A stretch of 52,054 nt of DNA from Caulobacteraceae bacterium (GCA_025359665.1 JANYFU010000076.1:1-52054), one strand, 5' to 3'; counted from the stretch's first letter, positions 1 through 10,601 are shown. The notes: generated from the sequence alone by a model not told the origin. Translations and numbers: made by a program.

Positions 1-2475
1 GACCGGGCCGAAGCGCTGTATAATCGGGCGTTCAACGCCTCGAATATCGGCCGGTTCGACAAGGCGGCGATCTTCTTCGAACAGGCCGACGCCCTGGCCG
101 GTCAGGCCGACTCGTCTCTGCGCGGCCTGGCGCTGAACTACAAAGCCGCCGACGCCCGCAACCAGCAGAACTACGACAGGGCGATCCGACTGGCGGATGA
201 AGCCATCGCGGCCCGGTCGGCGGCCAGTCGGACCAACGGCGTCAAGACCGCAAACGGCGATATCCAGATTGTCGAAGTGGGCACGGCCGATGGCACGGAC
301 CGGATTTCAGCCAGCGACAGAGAGCGGCTGCGCGACGTTCAGGCGCTGGAAATCAAGGCCACGGCGCTCGAATCGAGCGGCCGTCCAGAACTGGCCCGGG
401 CCGTGCTTCTGCAAGCCCGCGACATGCTGTTCTCGACACTGCCTGTCAGGCAGAACACGCGCAAACCCGTGGTTCTCGGCCAGGCGGCGCCCTGGCTCAA
501 CGCGCGGATTTTGGCCGATCTTCTGCGCCTCGATAGAGGCACGCCCCGTCAAGCGGAGACTGAACGGCAGTTTCGCGACGCCGTGGCCTTTTTCGGCGTG
601 AGACACCCCGGTTCACTGCCCCTCGCCGGTTTCTTCCTGGAACAGGCCCGAGCGGAGGCGGCGCTCGGCAAGGACAACAAGGCCGAGGAAGACAAGGCCG
701 TGGTCGACTATCAGGCCGCCTTTGACATCTTCATCGACCAGCGTGGTTCTCTGGCCGATTCCGCCGACCTTGCCCGGCCGTATTTTGATTTCCTGCTGCG
801 TCGGATCGGCAATACGCCAGCCGCGCATCCAAGCGACGTGAAGAATTTCTTCAACGCCGCACAAGCGCTGATCGCACAGTCCAGCGCCGAGGCGGCGAAA
901 CGCCAGGCGGCCGCGGCCCAGGCCAGCGACAATCGGACCTCGGCTCTGGCGAGGGCATTGCAGGACACCGACCGGCGGGAGCAGGCCGATGAAGCCGCGA
1001 TCCGAAAATTCAACGAGCAGGGCGTCTATCAGAGCCCGGAGATTGCCCGCCTCCAGGCCGAGCGATCAACCCTGGCGACGGAAAACGCCAAACTTCAGGG
1101 ACAACTTCTGGAGATCGATCCGGGATACACCGCCGCCCTACACATCCTGGTGGGCCTGGATCAGCTGCAAAAAACTCTCACCCCTGGTGAAGTCTATGTG
1201 AAGGTGTTTCTCCTGGCGGGCGGCGGCTATGGGATGATGATCTCGCCAGACGCGGCTGTTCCCTATCGGATCGACCTGACCCGGGACCAGGCGTCGGAGG
1301 CTGTGCGTAAGCTCCGCCTGCCGATCGACTTCCCCAGGCGCGCGAAGAACGGCAAACAAAGCCACGGCGTGTACAACGTCGACTTGGCCCATAAGCTGTT
1401 CGAGGCGGTGTTCGGGCCGGTTCGCCAGCCGGTGTTGGCGGCCCGCCACATCGTCTACGAACCTGACGCAACCCTGATCGCGGTTCCGATCAGCGCCCTG
1501 GTCACCGACACCGCGAGCGCTGATCTGATCAAGAGCCGGTTGGCGGGTGTCAAGCCAGTCGACTATGTCGGCGTGGCGTGGCTGGGCGCCCACTCATACA
1601 ACTCCATCGCTCTGTCGGCGGCGGCATTCTATCAAGCCCGCCATGACAAGCCGTCGAAGGCGACCAATGCCTTCTTCGGCTATGGTGATCCGGTGATCCC
1701 GTCCGATCCGGATGTGTTCTCCAGCGTTCGGCCGGCTGGCCGGGCCACCGCCGCCGACCAGGCTCTGTGCGCCACCTACCGCAACTCCCTGGCCCTGATG
1801 CAGCCCTTGCCCGAGACCCGGCCGGAGTTGACCTCGGTCGCCAAGGCTATTCTCGGCCCGGCCTACAGCGACGCGGTTCTGCAGGTCGGCGAGGCCTTTA
1901 CCGACACCGCGGTCATGGCGAAGAAGGACCTCGTCGACTACCGGGTAATCTATTTCGCCACCCACGGCCTGCTGGACGAGGGAAATCCGTGTCTTCACAC
2001 CGCGCTGCTGACCTCCCGCGGCGAAGGTGACAGCGACGCCCTGCTGGGTCTGGGCAAGATCACCAGCCTCAGACTGGACGCCGACATGGTCGTCCTCTCG
2101 GCCTGCAACACAGGCAGCAACGCTCACGGACGGACTCTTCAGGCCGGTGGCGGGGCCGTGGTTCAAGCGCCGGGTGGCGGCCGGCCCGTATCCCTAATCC
2201 GGCTTGGGGCCGGCGATGGCGAGGCGCTCGGCGGACTGGTTACCTCGTTCGTCGAGGCCGGCGCCCGTAACGTGGTGGTGTCGAACTGGGAGGTCGATTC
2301 GGCCATGACTCAGGCGCTGATGATCGGCCTGTTCAAACAAAAGGGCGTTTCCCAGGCTGAAGCCCTGGCCAGGGCCGAGCGCGCGCTGATGAACGATCGC
2401 AACCACTCCCATCCCTATTTTTGGGCGCCCTTCATGGTTGTCGGCGACGGCGACAAGCCGATGCCCGCCTCCTGA
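1..2475 (+). CDS. TPR-like + CHAT (caspase-like, clan CD) domain protein, 5'-truncated by the window
   Basis: Frame is open from base 1 (DRAEALYNRAFNASNIGRFDKAAIFFEQADAL..., helical-repeat-like). C-terminal CHAT motifs YFATHG, VVLSACNTG, SNWEVDS and HPYFWAPF are present. Confidence 0.88.
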   Translation, partial: DRAEALYNRAFNASNIGRFDKAAIFFEQADALAGQADSSLRGLALNYKAADARNQQNYDRAIRLADEAIAARSAASRTNGVKTANGDIQIVEVGTADGTDRISASDRERLRDVQALEIKATALESSGRPELARAVLLQARDMLFSTLPVRQNTRKPVVLGQAAPWLNARILADLLRLDRGTPRQAETERQFRDAVAFFGVRHPGSLPLAGFFLEQARAEAALGKDNKAEEDKAVVDYQAAFDIFIDQRGSLADSADLARPYFDFLLRRIGNTPAAHPSDVKNFFNAAQALIAQSSAEAAKRQAAAAQASDNRTSALARALQDTDRREQADEAAIRKFNEQGVYQSPEIARLQAERSTLATENAKLQGQLLEIDPGYTAALHILVGLDQLQKTLTPGEVYVKVFLLAGGGYGMMISPDAAVPYRIDLTRDQASEAVRKLRLPIDFPRRAKNGKQSHGVYNVDLAHKLFEAVFGPVRQPVLAARHIVYEPDATLIAVPISALVTDTASADLIKSRLAGVKPVDYVGVAWLGAHSYNSIALSAAAFYQARHDKPSKATNAFFGYGDPVIPSDPDVFSSVRPAGRATAADQALCATYRNSLALMQPLPETRPELTSVAKAILGPAYSDAVLQVGEAFTDTAVMAKKDLVDYRVIYFATHGLLDEGNPCLHTALLTSRGEGDSDALLGLGKITSLRLDADMVVLSACNTGSNAHGRTLQAGGGAVVQAPGGGRPVSLIRLGAGDGEALGGLVTSFVEAGARNVVVSNWEVDSAMTQALMIGLFKQKGVSQAEALARAERALMNDRNHSHPYFWAPFMVVGDGDKPMPAS

Positions 2476-2490
2476 CGTAGATCCAAGGCT

Positions 2491-3300
2491 TTAGAACCAG
2501 CCTGCTTCCTTGAGGGATTTGAGATAGGCGCGGCTGACGGGCGCCTTCTGACCGCCCGCGAGGGTCAGGGTCGCGCGACCTTCGACGCGCTCAATATCCT
2601 TCACCGCCACGCGGGCCACCCACCAGGAGCGATGGGTGCGAGCGCCTTCGATACCCTCCAGCTCAACCAGGGCGTCCGCCAATCGCATCAGAATCAGATC
2701 CTCGCCCTTGGAGGTGTGCAGCCGAAGGTAGTGGTCCTCCGCCTGGACCGCCCAAAGAGCCGCGCCGGAGAGTCTGGCTGGTAGCCGGGCTAGAAACCGG
2801 GCGGGCGCGGCCCCCTGAGCCGACTGGTGGGTCTCCACCGGCGCGCGCGCCTGAACCAGGAAAGCCAGCATAATGATACCCCCCGTTGTGGCCAGGGTGG
2901 TCGGGAAGACATCCACCAGAATCGGAGACCTAAGGGGCCTGCCTTGCGTCCAGGCCGCCGCCGCGGCGGCGACGAGCGTCATCGGCAATCCGACTACCAG
3001 CGTCATCAGAGCAGCGGAAATGATCGGCTTTGTCTCGAACCACGGTCGGGGGATCAGAAGACGGGATCCGCAGTAGCCGAGGCCTACTCCAACCAGGGTG
3101 AGACTCTCGCCATAAGCCAGGCGAAAGATGACGGGCTCCGCCTTAGCTCCAAAACCCCCCGATATGGCCATCACCCCGGCGACCACGCTGGCGGCGAGCA
3201 CTACTCTGGCCCAGTCGCCGGCGCAGATGTTCCGCAGCTGGCGAAACACCCGGACCCACGGTCCGGAGGAGGATGGACTATTCGTATCGGGCTCGCGCAC
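2491..3300 (-). CDS. Membrane-anchored LytTR-family DNA-binding protein
   Basis: About four hydrophobic segments followed by LytTR motifs AEDHYLRLHT, RTHRSWWV and PVSRAY. Confidence 0.88.
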   Translation of the reverse strand: MREPDTNSPSSSGPWVRVFRQLRNICAGDWARVVLAASVVAGVMAISGGFGAKAEPVIFRLAYGESLTLVGVGLGYCGSRLLIPRPWFETKPIISAALMTLVVGLPMTLVAAAAAAWTQGRPLRSPILVDVFPTTLATTGGIIMLAFLVQARAPVETHQSAQGAAPARFLARLPARLSGAALWAVQAEDHYLRLHTSKGEDLILMRLADALVELEGIEGARTHRSWWVARVAVKDIERVEGRATLTLAGGQKAPVSRAYLKSLKEAGWF

Positions 3301-3490
3301 TTAGCCGCCAGGCTCCACTTCCGAGGTGACGGGAAACCAGGAGTAGGAGGCCCCAAGTTTGTGAAGACCCGGCGCTCCGAACGGTGTCAAGTCGCGGCGC
3401 ATTCAAACGACGCTCTTGCAACATTCGGCTCTTTCGTCATCTTCCGCCCGCATGGGGCGAGCCCCTGCCCGGGAAGTCTAAGCCTCGACC

Positions 3491-6400
3491 ATGGACGATT
3501 TCATTTTTCACGACCCCACCGGCCGGCGTGCAAAGCGGGCTAATTTCGGTCTGGGCATATTCGTGTCCATATCCGCCTTGGTTGTGGCGGCTTTTTTCGC
3601 GACGCTGGCGTTCGCGCCCCGTCTGCCCGGGCTGAGCCTGAAGGACCCCCAGGTTCTGCAGGCGCTGCACGTGGAGACGGCGCACAAATTCAAACGCCCG
3701 GCCGGTTGGCGGCGCATTCCAAACCCGACCAAAGCCAGGATCGGGGGCGCGGCTCGACCGCTGTCGGTGGGATTCTACGTCAGCTGGGACGAGAGTTCGC
3801 GCGTGTCGCTGCGGCGACACGTCAACGACCTGGATGTGATCTCGCCGCAGTGGGTGCTGCTGGATGGGTCTCTGGGACGAGTCGCCGTCACCTCCGATCC
3901 GTTCGCCGAAGCGCTGGTGGCGCGGGCCAAGGCACCGCCGTCGATCCTCCCCATGGTGCATAACGGCCATAACGGTATTTCCGACGGTCCTCTGGCGAAC
4001 AACCTGCTGCTCTATCCCGTCGCCCAGGACGCCTTGATCCAAAATCTGGTCACGCTAGCCAAGCAGAGGGGCTGGGCGGGCTATGTCTTCGATCTGGAGA
4101 ATCTCTCCAAACCGGCGCTGGCGCGCTATCCGGCCTTTCTGGCCAAGGCCCGCGCGGCGCTGAAGCCCCTCGGCCGCGAGATCTGGGTCGCGGTGCCCTT
4201 CGCCGACGACTCCTGGCCTCTGAGGCGGTTCGGACAGGTCGCCGATACCGTGGTGCTGATGGCCTACGACGAGCACTGGGGCACTGGCGATCCCGGCCCG
4301 ACCGCGTCCCAGGAGTGGTTCGAACGCACCCTGGCCCTGGACATGGGCGAACTCGATCCGTCTCACACCGTGGTGACCTTCGGCGCCTATGGCTACGACT
4401 GGACCCTGGCGGACGACAAGGGGCCAGCCAAGGCCGAAGCGGTAACCTTCTATGACGCCACGCAGCTGGCCCACGACGCCAGCGCCGATGTCAGCCTCGA
4501 CGACGACGCGCTCAATCCTGGCTTCCAGTACAAAGACGATGACGACCGCAAACACGTGGTCTGGTTCCTGGACGTGGCCACCGTCTTCAACCAGGTCAAG
4601 ATTTCGGATCTCTATCGCCCCCAAGGTTACGCTCTCTGGCGGATGGGCGGCGAAGATCCCTCGGCCTGGCGGTATTTCAAACAACCCTATGGTTCGGCCA
4701 AGCCGGTGGGGCTTGAGGACATAGAGCCTAGCCTGGGGGTGACCTTTGATGGCACGGGTGAAATCCTGCATGTCGACCAATCCCCGCTGGGGGGTAAGCG
4801 CTCTGTGGAGATCGACCCGCAGACCGGCCTGATCGCCGGCGAAACCTACCAGACCATGCCAAGCCAATATGTAATCGATCGCTATGGCGCCCACCCCGGC
4901 TGGGTCGCCTTGACATTCGACGATGGACCGGATGGCCGGTGGACGCCAAAGATCCTCGATGTACTGAAGGCCAAGCAGGCCCCCGCCACCTTCTTCGTAA
5001 TCGGCCAGAACATGCAGGCCCGGCCGGACATCGTGCAGCGCGAAGTGGCCGAGGGTCATCTGGTGGGTAACCACACCTGGACCCACCCCAACATCGCCGT
5101 GACGCCCCTCGCTCAGACCAATCTGGAGATCAACACCACCCAGCGGCTGTTCGAGGTACTGACCGGCCGTTCCATGCGCTTCTTTCGACCACCCTATTTC
5201 GGAGACGCCGAACCATCAACGCCGGGCGAAGTGGAGCCGTTGAAGGTGGCGCAGAGTTTCGGCTATCTGATCGCTGGCCTGCGGATCGATCCGGACGACT
5301 GGCAGAAACCCGACCCCAAGCTGATCGTTCAGCGCACGCTCGAACGGCTGAAGGCGACGGGAGAGGCCGCGGGCCAGGTGGTGCTGCTGCATGACGCCGG
5401 CGGCGACCGCGCCCACACTGTCGAGGCACTGCCCGCTCTGATCGATGCGCTTAGGGCCGATGGCTATCGCCTGGTGTCCATCGAGCAGCTGGCCGGCATG
5501 AGCCGGGCCGACGGCCTGCCGAAGACCTCCCGCAGCTCGCTGGACCTGGCGCTCGACAATCTGGGCTTCAGTTTCTTCCGGTATGTTAACGTAGGCATGG
5601 AGGGCCTGTTCCTGGTGGCCATCGTGCTGGGCCTCGCGCGGCTGGTATTCATGGCGGTTCTGGCGCTGTGGCACAGGGCGCGGGAAGGTGGCCGTGAACC
5701 GCCGATGCTGGATCCAGAGACCGGTCCACTGATCAGCGTGCTGATACCGTGTTTCAACGAAGAGAAAGTCATTGTCGAATCCGTGCGCCGGATCCTGGGC
5801 TCGGAGTGGAGGCGCCTTGAGGTGCTGGTGCTCGACGACGGCTCCAAGGATGGCACCTCGACGGTGGTGCGCGAGGCGTTCGGCGACGAGCCCCGAGTCA
5901 AGCTGCTTACCTTCGAAAACGGCGGCAAGGCTCGGGCGCTGAATCGCGGCCTGCTGCAGACCGGCGGCGATATCGTGGTGGCCCTGGACGCCGACACCCT
6001 GTTTCCGTCCGACACCCTGCCTCGCCTGGCGCGCTGGTTCGTCGATCCAAAAGTGGGAGCGGTGGCCGGCAACGCCATGGTGGGTAACCGGCTCAATCTG
6101 ATCACCCGCTGGCAGGCCCTGGAATATGTAACAGCCCAGAACCTCGAGCGGCGCGCCTTGGCGGCCCTGGGGGCGGTGACGGTGGTGCCGGGCGCCGTGG
6201 GGGCGTGGCGGCGCTCGGTGCTGGAAGATCTTGGCGGTTATCCCGCCGACACCCTGGCGGAGGATCAGGACCTGACCCTGGCGGTCCAGCGAGCCGGCTG
6301 GCGGGTGGAGTTCGATTCCTCGGCCCGAGCCTACACCGAGGCGCCCGACACAGTGAAGGGCCTGCTCAATCAGCGATTCCGCTGGTCGTTCGGGACTCTG

Positions 6401-6853
6401 CAATGCCTTTGGAAGCACCGTTCGGCGCTGTTCAATCGGCAAAGGCCGGTGTTGGGGTTCGTGGCCCTGCCGCAGATCTGGCTGTTCCAGATCTTTCTGA
6501 CGGTCGCGGCGCCGTTGGTGGATCTGGCGATCGTCTCATCGCTGATCTGGTCGGTTTACGGCCGCGCGTTTCACCCGGTGGAGTGGTCGCCCGATAATTT
6601 CATACGTTCGGTGTTCTATTGGGCGGCTTTCATCTTTCTGGATCTGTCAGCCGGCGCACTGGGGATGGCTCTTGAACGCAAGGCGCCCTGGCCGGACCTG
6701 ATCTGGCTACCGATCCAGAGGTTCGGCTACCGACAGCTGATGTACTATGTCGTGGTGAAGTCGGTGATCACCGCCATCCGCGGCTATCGCGTCGGCTGGG
6801 GCAAGCTCGAACGCCGCGCCACGGCGGTGATGGGCAAGGCGTCGAAGCCCTAA
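3491..6853 (+). CDS. GH18-like hydrolase / NodB-type polysaccharide deacetylase (CE4) / processive GT2 glycosyltransferase fusion
   Basis: GH18-like FDLE, LMAYDEH and ALWRMG; CE4 motifs LTFDDGP, NHTWTH, FRPPY and VLLHD; GT2 motifs DDGSKD, DADT, AEDQD and QRFRW; C-terminal TM helices ending WGKLER. Confidence 0.9.
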   Translation: MDDFIFHDPTGRRAKRANFGLGIFVSISALVVAAFFATLAFAPRLPGLSLKDPQVLQALHVETAHKFKRPAGWRRIPNPTKARIGGAARPLSVGFYVSWDESSRVSLRRHVNDLDVISPQWVLLDGSLGRVAVTSDPFAEALVARAKAPPSILPMVHNGHNGISDGPLANNLLLYPVAQDALIQNLVTLAKQRGWAGYVFDLENLSKPALARYPAFLAKARAALKPLGREIWVAVPFADDSWPLRRFGQVADTVVLMAYDEHWGTGDPGPTASQEWFERTLALDMGELDPSHTVVTFGAYGYDWTLADDKGPAKAEAVTFYDATQLAHDASADVSLDDDALNPGFQYKDDDDRKHVVWFLDVATVFNQVKISDLYRPQGYALWRMGGEDPSAWRYFKQPYGSAKPVGLEDIEPSLGVTFDGTGEILHVDQSPLGGKRSVEIDPQTGLIAGETYQTMPSQYVIDRYGAHPGWVALTFDDGPDGRWTPKILDVLKAKQAPATFFVIGQNMQARPDIVQREVAEGHLVGNHTWTHPNIAVTPLAQTNLEINTTQRLFEVLTGRSMRFFRPPYFGDAEPSTPGEVEPLKVAQSFGYLIAGLRIDPDDWQKPDPKLIVQRTLERLKATGEAAGQVVLLHDAGGDRAHTVEALPALIDALRADGYRLVSIEQLAGMSRADGLPKTSRSSLDLALDNLGFSFFRYVNVGMEGLFLVAIVLGLARLVFMAVLALWHRAREGGREPPMLDPETGPLISVLIPCFNEEKVIVESVRRILGSEWRRLEVLVLDDGSKDGTSTVVREAFGDEPRVKLLTFENGGKARALNRGLLQTGGDIVVALDADTLFPSDTLPRLARWFVDPKVGAVAGNAMVGNRLNLITRWQALEYVTAQNLERRALAALGAVTVVPGAVGAWRRSVLEDLGGYPADTLAEDQDLTLAVQRAGWRVEFDSSARAYTEAPDTVKGLLNQRFRWSFGTLQCLWKHRSALFNRQRPVLGFVALPQIWLFQIFLTVAAPLVDLAIVSSLIWSVYGRAFHPVEWSPDNFIRSVFYWAAFIFLDLSAGALGMALERKAPWPDLIWLPIQRFGYRQLMYYVVVKSVITAIRGYRVGWGKLERRATAVMGKASKP

Positions 6854-6928
6854 GGCTGGCCGTTGCGCGCCTGAGAGGCGGTACCTATAACCGGCGCGCC
6901 TTCCTCCCAATCGGACCCGGACCTCGCC

Positions 6929-8098
6929 ATGAACATTCACGAACACCAGGCCAAGGCCGTTCTCGCGACGTTCGGGGTTCCAGTGCCAAAGGGCTTTGCC
7001 GCGTTTACGGTCGACGAGGCGGTAGCCGCCGCGGAAAAGCTCGGCGGTCCGGTATGGGTCGTCAAGGCGCAGATCCATGCCGGCGGCCGCGGCAAGGGCG
7101 GCGGTGTTAAGGTGGTGAAATCCCTCGAGGGTGTGCGCGCCGAGGCCGAGCGGATGCTGGGCATGACCCTGGTGACCCATCAGACCGGACCCAAGGGCCG
7201 CGTCGTCAGCCGAATCTATATCGAGGAAGGCGCGGCGATCGAACGCGAACTCTATCTGTCGCTGCTGGTGGACAGGGAGACCAGCCGGGTTTCCGTCGTC
7301 GCTTCGACCGAGGGTGGCATGGATATCGAAGAGGTGGCCCATTCGACGCCCGAGAAGATCATCACCTTTTCGATCGATCCGGCCACCGGCGTGTGGCCGC
7401 ATCACGCCCAGGCGCTCGCCAAGGCCCTCAAACTGACCGGCGATCAGGCCAAACAGGCCCGCGCGCTGCTGCCGGCGCTCTACAAGGCCTTCGTCCAGGA
7501 CGATATGAGCATGCTGGAGGTCAATCCGCTGATCGTCACCGGCGAGGGAAAGCTGGTAGTGCTCGACGCCAAGGTGTCGTTCGACGACAGCGCCCTCTAT
7601 CGCCACAAGGACATCGCCGCCCTGCGCGATGAGACCGAAGAAGACGCCAAAGAGATCGAGGCGTCGAAATACGACCTTTCCTACATTGCCCTCGATGGCG
7701 AGATTGGCTGCATGGTAAACGGCGCCGGTCTGGCCATGGCGACCATGGACATCATCAAGCTCTATGGCGCCGAGCCAGCCAATTTCCTCGACGTGGGCGG
7801 CGGCGCCTCGAAGGAAAAGGTGACGGCGGCGTTCAAGATCATCACCACCGATCCGAACGTGAAGGGCATATTGGTCAATATCTTCGGCGGCATCATGCGT
7901 TGCGATATCATCGCCGAGGGCGTGATCGCGGCCGTGAAGGAAATCGGCCTGACCGTGCCGCTGGTGGTGCGGCTTGAGGGCACCAACGTCGACCTGGGAA
8001 AGAAAATTCTCAATGACAGCGGCCTCAACGTCATTGCCGCCAACGACTTGGCCGACGGCGCCGCGAAGATCGTCGCGGCGGTGCGCGCGGCGGCCTGA
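6929..8098 (+). CDS. sucC: Succinyl-CoA synthetase beta subunit
   Basis: [47 protein letters not shown]. Confidence 0.98.
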   Translation: MNIHEHQAKAVLATFGVPVPKGFAAFTVDEAVAAAEKLGGPVWVVKAQIHAGGRGKGGGVKVVKSLEGVRAEAERMLGMTLVTHQTGPKGRVVSRIYIEEGAAIERELYLSLLVDRETSRVSVVASTEGGMDIEEVAHSTPEKIITFSIDPATGVWPHHAQALAKALKLTGDQAKQARALLPALYKAFVQDDMSMLEVNPLIVTGEGKLVVLDAKVSFDDSALYRHKDIAALRDETEEDAKEIEASKYDLSYIALDGEIGCMVNGAGLAMATMDIIKLYGAEPANFLDVGGGASKEKVTAAFKIITTDPNVKGILVNIFGGIMRCDIIAEGVIAAVKEIGLTVPLVVRLEGTNVDLGKKILNDSGLNVIAANDLADGAAKIVAAVRAAA

Positions 8099-8191
8099 GG
8101 CTACCTCGAACACCGGATTTCCAAGCTTTGCGCGGCGGGACGCATGGCCTAAGGGTTCGCCTCGCCTGAACATAAGAACAAGGAAGCGTGC

Positions 8192-8767
8192 GTGAACCTC
8201 TCGAAGTCCGCCCTGGTCGCAGCGGCCCTGACAGCTCTCGTACTTTGTGTCGCGCCTGTTTCCGGGCTTGCGGCGGCGCCGAATCCGGCCTTCGCGGCCT
8301 TTACGACGGTCTGTGGCGAACCCGCCGGTGATTTCGCGGCTGTTCGCGCCGCGGCTGACGCCCATGCCTGGGGGGCCGCCGAGGCGACCACGGATTCGGC
8401 CATGCCTGGCGTGACGATCGGCGAGCGTCTGACCCGAGGCTCCAACGCGGGGGGGGTCGGACTGGTGCTTTCGGCCTGGTATGGCGCCACCGCCAAGGGT
8501 GTGAAGGTCAGCGCCTGCACCGTGCACGTCGCCAAGAGCGACTTCGACGCCTTGCGCACAGCGGCGAGCGCTTGGCTGGCGTTCCCTCCCGCCGATGGCG
8601 CCGATAACAAGAAGGCGGTCTATCGGTTCACCGACAAGGACGGCGCGCACCATGCGCTCGCGGCGAGCGAGTATGATGCCGCCGCCAGCGGCGCGGGCCT
8701 GGAAATCCTTACGGTTTCAGGTGACGCGAACGGCACGCTGGTTGATCTGCTGGTCATCAAGAAGTAG
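8192..8767 (+). CDS. Hypothetical exported protein
   Basis: GTG start after AAGGAAG; signal-peptide-like N-terminus; fills the sucC-sucD gap on the same strand. Confidence 0.7.
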   Translation: MNLSKSALVAAALTALVLCVAPVSGLAAAPNPAFAAFTTVCGEPAGDFAAVRAAADAHAWGAAEATTDSAMPGVTIGERLTRGSNAGGVGLVLSAWYGATAKGVKVSACTVHVAKSDFDALRTAASAWLAFPPADGADNKKAVYRFTDKDGAHHALAASEYDAAASGAGLEILTVSGDANGTLVDLLVIKK

Positions 8768-8824
8768 CCGCGAGGCCCTCGAACCTCGGGCTTCCAGTCC
8801 TCCCAAGAGTCAAAAGCGAGACGC

Positions 8825-9703
8825 ATGTCCATTCTCATCGGCAAGAGCACCCGGGTCATCTGCCAAGGCGTGACTGGGGCGCAAGGCACGTTCCACACCG
8901 AACAGGCGATCGCCTATGGTACGATCATGGTCGGGGGCACCTCGCCCGGCAAGGGCGGTTCGACGCATCTGGGCCTGCCGATCTTCGACACGGTTGACGA
9001 GGCGGTCAGGGCCACCGCGCCGGACGCCAGCGTGATCTATGTGCCGCCGCCCTTTGCCGCAGACGCTATCCTGGAGGCCATCGACGCTGAAATCGGCCTG
9101 ATCGTCTGCATCACCGAAGGTATTCCGGTGGCCGACATGATCGCCGTGAAGCGTGCACTTCAGGGTTCGAAGTCTCGGCTGATCGGGCCCAATTGCCCCG
9201 GCGTGCTGACCCCGGACCAGTGCAAGATCGGTATCATGCCCGGCAATATCTTCCGCAACGGTTCAGTCGGCGTGGTCTCGCGGTCTGGCACGTTGACCTA
9301 TGAAGCCGTGTTCCAGACCAGCCAGGTGGGCCTGGGCCAGACGACGGCCGTAGGCATCGGCGGCGACCCGGTGAAGGGCACCGAATTCATCGATGTGCTG
9401 GACATGTTCCTGAATGACGGGGCCACGGAGTCGATCATCATGATCGGCGAGATCGGAGGATCGGCCGAGGAGGACGCGGCTGAGTTCATCAAGACACATC
9501 CAATCAAGAAACCCATGGTCGGCTTTATTGCCGGTCGCACCGCACCGCCAGGTCGCCGCATGGGTCATGCCGGAGCGATCATTTCAGGTGGCCGAGGCGG
9601 CGCCGAAGATAAGATTAAGGCTATGGAATCCGCCGGCATCAGGGTTTCACCCTCACCGGCGGCGCTTGGCGAAACTTTGCTGGAGGTGCTGCGCGGCGGC
9701 TAA
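8825..9703 (+). CDS. sucD: Succinyl-CoA synthetase alpha subunit
   Basis: [17 protein letters not shown] and the phospho-His motif [10 protein letters not shown]. Confidence 0.98.
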   Translation: MSILIGKSTRVICQGVTGAQGTFHTEQAIAYGTIMVGGTSPGKGGSTHLGLPIFDTVDEAVRATAPDASVIYVPPPFAADAILEAIDAEIGLIVCITEGIPVADMIAVKRALQGSKSRLIGPNCPGVLTPDQCKIGIMPGNIFRNGSVGVVSRSGTLTYEAVFQTSQVGLGQTTAVGIGGDPVKGTEFIDVLDMFLNDGATESIIMIGEIGGSAEEDAAEFIKTHPIKKPMVGFIAGRTAPPGRRMGHAGAIISGGRGGAEDKIKAMESAGIRVSPSPAALGETLLEVLRGG

Positions 9704-9776
9704 TCCCGCCATCCTCTGGACGGCGCCCCCCGCGCTCCCCACATAGGCTCCCGCGAGGCTATGTAAGGAATACAGC

Positions 9777-10400
9777 ATGACTCCCGACGAACGCGCGCTC
9801 TTGCAGCGCTTCCTGCAGGATCTGGTCCAGACCAGGGGCGTGATCAAAGACGCCGAAGCCGAAACCATGATCCTCGACGCGTTGCGGACCTCTCCAGAGG
9901 CGCCCTATGTGCTGGTTCAGCACGCCATCATGTCCGACCAGGCGCTGCACGCGGCCCAGGATCAGATCGCCTCTCTGCGAGACCAGTTGCGCGGTGTTCC
10001 CGCGCCGGCATCGAGCGGATCTTTTCTCGGCGGGGCCAGCCCCTGGGCTCAGGCGGCTTCGCCGCAGCCGCAATGGCAACCCCAACCGGCGCCCGTGCAG
10101 GGACGTGGTTACATCGGGTCCGGCCCGTTTTCGGGTGGCGGTGGCCTGAGCAGTTTCCTGCGCAGCGCTGGCACGACAGCGGCTGGCGTGGCCGGCGGCG
10201 CCTTTCTGTTCGAAGGTCTTTCAAGCCTTTTCGGCGGGGGACGAGGGGGGTTTGGCGGTGGCTTCGGAGGGGGCGGTTTCGGCGGCGGGCCGACCGAGGT
10301 GATCAACAACTACTATGAGGATGATGGTGATCGTGGTGGCGGTGACTTCGGCGCCGGCGACCAGGGTGGATGGGATGACGGTGGTTCGAGCGACACCTGA
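9777..10400 (+). CDS. DUF2076-like glycine-rich protein
   Basis: MTPDERALL...DAEAE...PEAPYVLVQ N-terminus; SFLRSAGTTAAGVAGGAFLF; EVINNYY; acidic tail; RBS AAGGA. Confidence 0.78.
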   Translation: MTPDERALLQRFLQDLVQTRGVIKDAEAETMILDALRTSPEAPYVLVQHAIMSDQALHAAQDQIASLRDQLRGVPAPASSGSFLGGASPWAQAASPQPQWQPQPAPVQGRGYIGSGPFSGGGGLSSFLRSAGTTAAGVAGGAFLFEGLSSLFGGGRGGFGGGFGGGGFGGGPTEVINNYYEDDGDRGGGDFGAGDQGGWDDGGSSDT

Positions 10401-10601
10401 GTCTGTCGGGCGATAGACGGCCGTTTACGCGGCGCCCATGCTTGTCATTGGTTGAATACAGGCCAAACTCCGATCTTAAATCGCTTGGCGCCGTATTTTG
10501 GTTACCAAAACAGGCGATGAGGTTCACCGAAAACCAACCCTTTGCGCGACACTCTGTCGTATGCCGTCGCCGCTTTCAGCGGGGCGCGAGGTGAGAGACC
10601 C

